Source: the human T2T-CHM13v2.0 reference genome, Homo sapiens
Assembly (NCBI RefSeq): GCF_009914755.1
Contig: NC_060935.1
Direction: 5' to 3' (one strand)
DNA: 64,000 bases
Shown: positions 56,613 to 64,000 of the stretch, one piece after another
How the letters are laid out: each line of letters starts with the position of its first letter
How positions within the stretch are numbered: the stretch's first letter is position 1
Translations under genes and position numbers: made by a program
Notes under the pieces: model-generated
The model's input: the letters and a program-made list of their open reading frames with translations, nothing else
The model's database searches: none
What the model was told of the DNA's origin: nothing

Positions 56613-57092
56613 TAGTTTTAGTAGCTTTTTTGTAGGTTTTTAAAGAATTTTCACATTGACAGTTATGTAATCTTTGAATAAGGATACTTTTTTGTCATCC
56701 TTACCAATCTCTATGCCTTTTGTTTCTTTTTCTTGCCCTATTGCACTAAAACCTCTAATACAATGTTGACTAGAAATAGCAACAGCCTTTTTTTCTCATC
56801 TTAGAGATAAAGTATTGAGTATCTCAGTGTTACATAGGATGTTACCTCTAGAGTTTTGGAGGTGTCCTTTATCAAGTTGAATAAGTTCCATTTCCTTCTG
56901 TTCAGTTTTTTTTTTAATCACAAATGGGTCTTGAATTTTGTCAAATGCCTTTTTTACATTATTAAGACAATCCTTTATTTTTGGTGGGGAGTTTGTTAAC
57001 GTGGTTAATGGTGTTTATTGGTTTTTGAATGTTAAACCAACTTTTCTTTCCTGGCATGTACCCCTCTTGACCATGAGTCTTTTTATATGTAG

Positions 57093-57473
<381 letters not shown>

Positions 57474-57654
57474 TAGTTTTCTCTTTTTTTATAATGTCTT
57501 TTTCTGGTTTTGTTCTTGGTAATGTTTGACTCAGAATGATTTGGGAGGTATTTCTGCTTCTGTGTTTTACAAAAGTTAGTGTAGCAGCATTTTTTTTTCT
57601 CCAAATTGTCTGGGCCTGGAAATTTTTTTTTTTTTTTTTATGGGAGGGTTTTTA

Positions 57655-58296
57655 TTTTTATTTTATTATACTTTAAGTTCTAGGGTACATGTGCACAACA
57701 TGCACATATGTATACATGTGCCATATTGTGTGTACATATGTATATGTACATATGTATGCATGTGCCATGTTGGTGTGCTGCACCCTTTAACTCATCATTT
57801 ACATTAGGTATATTTCCTAATGCTATCTCTCCCCCCTCCCCCCACCCCACAACAGGCCCCAGGGTGTGATGTTGCCCACCCTGTGTCCAAGTGTTCTCAT
57901 TGTTCAGTTCCCACCTATGAGTGAGAACATGAAGTGTTTGGTTTTCTGTCTTTGCAATAGTTTGCTCAGAATGATGGCTTCCAGCTTCATCCATGTCCCT
58001 ACAAAGGACATGAACTCATCCTTTTTTATGGCTGCATAGTATTCCATGGTGTATATGTGCCACATTTTCTTAATCCAGTCTCTCATTGATGGACATTTGG
58101 GTTGGTTCCAAGTCTTTGCTATTGTGAATAGTGCCTCAATAAACACGTGTGGTGCATGTGTCTTTATAGTAGCATGATTTATAATCCTTTGGGTATATAC
58201 CCAGTAATGGGATGGCTGGGTCAAATGGTAATTCTAGTTCTAGATCCTTGAGGAATCGCCACACTGTCTTCCACAATGGTCGAACTAGTTTACACT
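57655..58296 (-). mobile_element. 5'-truncated L1PA (L1PA4/5-like) 3' end, ~640 bp
   Basis: 'ttattatactttaagttctagggtacatgtgcacaac'; exact 14-bp TSD TGGGAGGGTTTTTA (57641-57654, 58299-58312). Confidence 0.96.
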
Positions 58297-59037
58297 TGTG
58301 GGAGGGTTTTTAAATAACAAATTGATTTTTTTTTCTAATAAGTATAGAAGTGTTCAGTTTCTTTTTAAACAACATTCAGCAGTTTATACCTTTCAATAAA
58401 TTTGTTCATTCCATCTAAATCACCAAATTTGTTGATAGGAAGCTGTTAATAGTATTTCTTTAATGTTCCTTTAATGCCTGTATGATCCGTTGTGATTCTC
58501 TCTCTCTCTTTCTCTCTCTCTCACACTTGTGATATTGCTAATTGTCTTTGTTGTCTTTCTTCCTGATTCAGGAGAAAAGACATCAGTTTTACTGACGTTT
58601 CATAGAGCCAATTGTGGGTTCATTGGTTTTCTGTGTTACATTTTTGTTCCGTGATGACAAAACTCTTGTGTTCTAGTTGATTGTATACTTCTGTTTTATC
58701 CTTTCATCTTCCAGCAAACATATGCTTTTGGGGACAGATTTATTATTTTTCTTCCACTGAGTCTTGAATTAAATTGTACTCAGTAATGGTGGATGAAGGT
58801 CTTGGAAACTGCCATAAGTTGATTTATTCTTATGTCTATCACAAATAGAATTCGATAGCTAAAATGACATAGAAAGATTTTTATTATCTGGGATGACAGA
58901 CTTGCCTTTTTAATCTAAAAACTGTCTTTATAATGTTGTATAAATATTTGAACTTTATTCACATTCTTAATATACTTGAAATTAATTCTGGTCTCATTTC
59001 CTTTGGTATGTAAAGAGAGAATAGCCTTTTTAATGCA

Positions 59038-59743
<706 letters not shown>

Positions 59744-60629
59744 ATATTTGCATCTGATTTAGGGCATTCTTTTAACCTTACTGCAACTCTTCCTCCCAAG
59801 CTGCAGTAGAGATGAATGCAAAGGAATCCACACTAAGATATAACAAAATAGATAAATGATTTATATTACAAAAAGACCGACTCCAGGAGATAGAGCTCTA
59901 TTTAGTAAAGAGGGCTTACCTAGTACATTCAGCATATGACCAGAGTTATAATTTCATTTACAAATCTTTCAGAATTGCATCTATCATATAATTTGTAAGG
60001 AGAGCCATGTCTTTATCACAGCAGCTAAATTTCCAGGGAGTGTAAATACTTCTATTGTGCTTGGCCAACAGCAAGTAACACAACAGTGGTTATTTGCTGA
60101 CCTTTTCAAATGTTTCCCAGATGAGGAAAGGTATAAATAAATAAAACAATTCTTTGATTTCTGACGAATGGCCTGGGGACTGAAGAGCAGTAAGCTGGGC
60201 CTCATTCTGCACCTTGTACAGTTTGTTGCCCCTTTATTTGCTTGTTCAGCCATTCCTCAGTAATGATCCCAAGGGAGCAGAGTGCAGGCTGCATCCTTCC
60301 TCTTACCCATGGTAGAAACCGCAGTCTCCTCTTCGAACTCAAACTTTTAATTCTCTTGTTTCTTTCCATTTTTCTAAAACTGTCACTTGACTCCCTATTT
60401 TCTGCTCTCACTTCCATTTATTTTCATATATTGCGTACACAGTAATCTTCCTTAATCAGCATTTTGATTGTATCATTTTGCCCCTAAACGTTCAATACTT
60501 ACAGAAGAAAGGACTCTAAATGCCTAGTCTTCAATAAACATTCTTTTGGTTTTATCTTCTTGGGGCATGTGCTCATCCTCAGTTATTCACCATTTCGGTC
60601 TCAATGAATTTTTCTGATCTTTTCTGTTA

Positions 60630-60990
60630 AGTTTTGTAAAACACATGTAATATAAAATTTACCTTCTTAACCATCTTTAAGTGTATGATTCTATAGGTAA
60701 ATATATTCATATTGTTGTACAACCAATCTCCAGAAATTTTTCGTCTTGCAAAACTGCAACTCTATACCTTTTAAACAGTAACTCTGTAATTCCTGGTTTT
60801 CTCCTCCCATCAGTCCTTGGCAGCCACCATTCTGCTTTCTGTTTCTATGAATTTGGCTACTCTAGATACCACATATAAAATGGAATGGTACAGTATTTGT
60901 CTTTTTGTGACTGGCTTGTTTCACTTAGCATCGTGTTCTCCCTCTTGTAGCATGTATCAGAATTTCTTCCCTTTTTAAGGTTGAATATCA
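60630..60990 (-). mobile_element. L1MB-like 3' end
   Basis: 'taaaatttaccttcttaaccatctttaagtgta', 'cagtatttgtctttttgtgactggctt'. Confidence 0.85.
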
Positions 60991-62089
60991 AATCTTGTAC
61001 GAGCGGTTTTGTTTGTTTTTATTTTTTGTTTTTAAGGGAAGAGGGTTGAGGATGTTAGTGTGTTTGGTGTCTGAGAAGGATTACTACAGGTTGCAGGGTG
61101 GGGTAGGGGAGAAAAGATTTTGGGGCTTCTTAAGTTTTAACTTTGCATAGTGATTCAGTAACTTATTTTTGGAATCTTTTTTTTTTCCTTTACAGTCTTT
61201 GTGGTATCTATCTTTTCATTGAAAGCCTGTGGAAACTGTAATGTAAATATTGTTTGAAATCCTGATAACCCAGACAATATGAAAAATGTATCTTTTTGGA
61301 GTTCTGTTAATTATTGATAGAAATGTGAATGACAAAGTTTACTTTGATTATTTAATGAAACTTTTTTAATGTAATAAAGTTCAGGCTCTAATTTGGATAG
61401 AATATTTATTTTTCTATTTACTGAGTGGTAGATATGATAGTCTGCTGAAAGGGTTAGGTCTTGGCTTTTGTGATCTCAACCATCCAAAGAAGTTCTTTAG
61501 GAGAACTCTGATCACTTCACATCTACAAAGTGTTCTCCTTTTTCCTAAATGTGAATTCCGAAGTCCTTAGCATGCTTTATGATCTGATTCAAAACTAAAT
61601 TTCTTATTCTCCCTTTCACCAGATTCTGGTTCACTCGTCACTCACTTTCACCCCTCCCTGCATCCCCATCAAATGACTGAGAATTTTCCAGATGTGGCAT
61701 TTATATTTTGGCCTTGTCCTAACATAACAAACAATCTCTCTTCCTGTGATACCATATTCTTGTTTCTTTGTATCGAGTGGAATTTCACTAGTTGATTGCA
61801 GCCTTTGTCTGCCAGGGTTCTTCATCTGAACCTCACTCAGACAATGATTATTTGAGTGACTGTTTTCTTAGTTTTCCCAAGGTTGGTACATGAATGTTAA
61901 CATTCTAGATGTGGAAGAAGTTAATTCATGACCTTCAATGGTTGCTTTAGGGCATTAAGTGTTCATTTTCTTGCAGACTTCCCATTGAGAAAGGTCTAGT
62001 CTGAGTTTGTTTCCTTCTTTTGACCTTGCGCAGATTTCATCCTCCTCTGGAATGTTTGTTTTATTGTTATTACTTGTTTGTATTATCAG

Positions 62090-62200
62090 CTTTTCCACCA
62101 GACTGGGCATCTGGAGAACTTTGTCTTATTTATTCTTACATCCCAGGATTCAGCACCATGCCTGAAACAGAGTTGATGTTCAGTAAATCTTAGTGGAATA
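62090..62200 (+). mobile_element. L2 3' end
   Basis: 'ccaccagactg...tttgtcttatttattc...cagcaccatgcctgaaacagag...ttcagtaaat'. Confidence 0.65.
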
Positions 62201-62259
62201 GATTATGTTGACTTCCTAAAACTAGTTCAGCATGACATAGTTCTAGTTGTTCATTTCCC

Positions 62260-62449
62260 TTTTTTTGTTGTTGTTAAGAGATGGAGTCTGTCTCTCTCTG
62301 TTACCCAGGCTGAAGCGCAGTGGCACCATCATAGCTCACTGCAGCCTCCAAAGCTCACTATAGCCTCCAATTCCTGGGCTTAAGTGATTCTCCCACTTCA
62401 GCCTCCCGAGCAGCTGGGATTACAGGCATGCGCGCCACTGCTCCCAGCT
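62260..62449 (-). mobile_element. Alu monomer (FRAM/AluJ right arm) with internal 19-bp tandem duplication
   Basis: 'agctcactgcagcctccaa agctcactatagcctccaa'. Confidence 0.88.
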
Positions 62450-62506
62450 TCAATTCCTTTCCTTACTTATTTTTACATTTATGTTCTTCCTTAAAATGAA
62501 CATCTT

Positions 62507-62812
62507 GACCGAGCGCGGTGGCTCACTCTTGTAATCCCAGCACTTTGGGAGGCCGAGGCAGGCGGATCACGAGGTCAGGAGATTGAGACCATGGTGAAAC
62601 CCTGTCTTTACTAAAAATACAAAAAAAAAAAAAAAAAAATTAGCCAGGCATGGTGGCGGGTGCCTGTAGTCCCAGCTACTTGGGAGGCTGAGTCAGGAGA
62701 ATGGCATCAACCCAGGAGGCAGAGCTTGCAGTGAGCCGAGATCGCGCCACTGCTCTCCAGCCTGGGCGACAGAGCGAGACTCTTTCAAAAAAAAAAAAAA
62801 AAAAAAAAAAAA
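62507..62812 (+). mobile_element. AluY with 12-bp left-arm deletion (AluYd-like)
   Basis: 'gagaccatggtgaaacc' lacks the usual 12 nt; 'agcttgcagtgagccgagatcgcgcc'; TSD GAACATCTT (62498-62506, 62813-62821). Confidence 0.93.
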
Positions 62813-63834
62813 GAACATCTTAACATATACTGCCTTGTTCTCCATTTGGCTATGAATCTATCACACTCCAGCACTTGTTTCTTGTTACCTGTGTGGGTGC
62901 TTTACCTGCCTAGAATAGAGTTAAAGCTCCTAATGACAACCTATTGGTATGAACTTTTGGAACCTCCAGTGCCACATTTATAAGAAATCAAAATCTTGTT
63001 GATCAATTGACAATCAATATGGGAAACTATTGTTTCCCATCAATATGTGAGATTATGCTTTTGCTTAATTTTATTGGGCACAAATATTGTTGAACAATTT
63101 ATTTGAATAGTATGTTGTTGCCTTTATAGATATCCATTTCCACTTTCTTAGTTGATGATTTTTCACTCTACATTATGATTTTCACTTATCCTTTGAGTGT
63201 TTGATCTACAAATGATTGCTTGCCCAGGTGATGAAGAATTTTCTTGTATTCCTATCTTTCCAGTATGTAGAGATGGAAATGCATATTGGTTGTTGTTTAT
63301 TATCTGCCATTTTGTCAAGTATTAATATATGCTTAAATTCACAAAGAGGTAACTCTTTGAGTTGGCAGAACCAGACTACTCAGATACAATTGCCTCATTC
63401 TCAGACTCGGGAAGACGAGGATAGTGCATCTTGTCCTCATAGAAGAGGCCCTGTAGTTAGAATGTGTGCTTTGGAGTGTTAGAATGGGTATTCTGAATGC
63501 AAGAATATGATTGTTTCAGTTTTGTCAAGAAAATGCTTAACTGGACTGTGTATTCTAACAATATTAGAATATAACAAAAAAATCTATCATTATATGTCCT
63601 TACCTGCCTAACCTGTGACGAGAAATGACAGGTTTGATATTTTGTAAACTGCCATAGAATCAGCTAGTAGTTTTCTATTCTGTTGGCTTGTCTTTCTCCC
63701 CTCCTTAATGCTTGAGATAAGTGTACTTTTTGAGTATGTTTTGGAAACGTGTTTTCAAAGTTCTCAACTTATGAAATGTTAAACTATTCCAAGGTTGTAA
63801 GTAGCTTGTCATGTGTAAAGAAAAGTCTGCAAGA

Positions 63835-63915
63835 TGAGAGGTCAGAAGACCTGTGAATCCTGACACTACACTATGTGCTATATCCTGATCATAAGCAAAT
63901 TTCCTAACCTCTTAC
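63835..63915 (+). mobile_element. MIR fragment
   Basis: 'gagaggtcagaagacctgtgaatcctgac...agcaaatttcctaacctct'. Confidence 0.55.
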
Positions 63916-64000
63916 AGCCCCCAATTCCTTCCTACTTTCTTTTCACCACTTTATAATGCATCTATCCCCAGAAAGCAATGACCCCTTCCCCTGTTCTTCA

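Overview
Primate, most likely human, AT-rich non-coding DNA. Alu, L1PA/L1M, L2, MIR, MaLR and DNA-transposon fossils cover much of the window. I recognise no protein-coding exon, CpG island or RNA gene; the ORF-track entries are L1/Alu relics or chance ORFs. The + strand looks T/G-rich and most L1s lie on the - strand, consistent with a large intron of a + strand gene (inference; gene not identified). The most unusual structure is a ~440-460 bp inverted duplication that is not a repeat-family pair (12637-13075 / 13781-14239, ~89% identical by manual alignment, 705-bp spacer). Its transition mismatches lean toward G-U wobble pairs on the + strand, and a 22-bp near-palindrome sits at its outer edge. 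Other notable items are template-switch scars (8441-8629, 36970-37026), a perfect 58-bp tandem duplication, a twin-primed L1 and close inverted Alu pairs. Subfamily names are from memory of consensus sequences; old-repeat boundaries are approximate.
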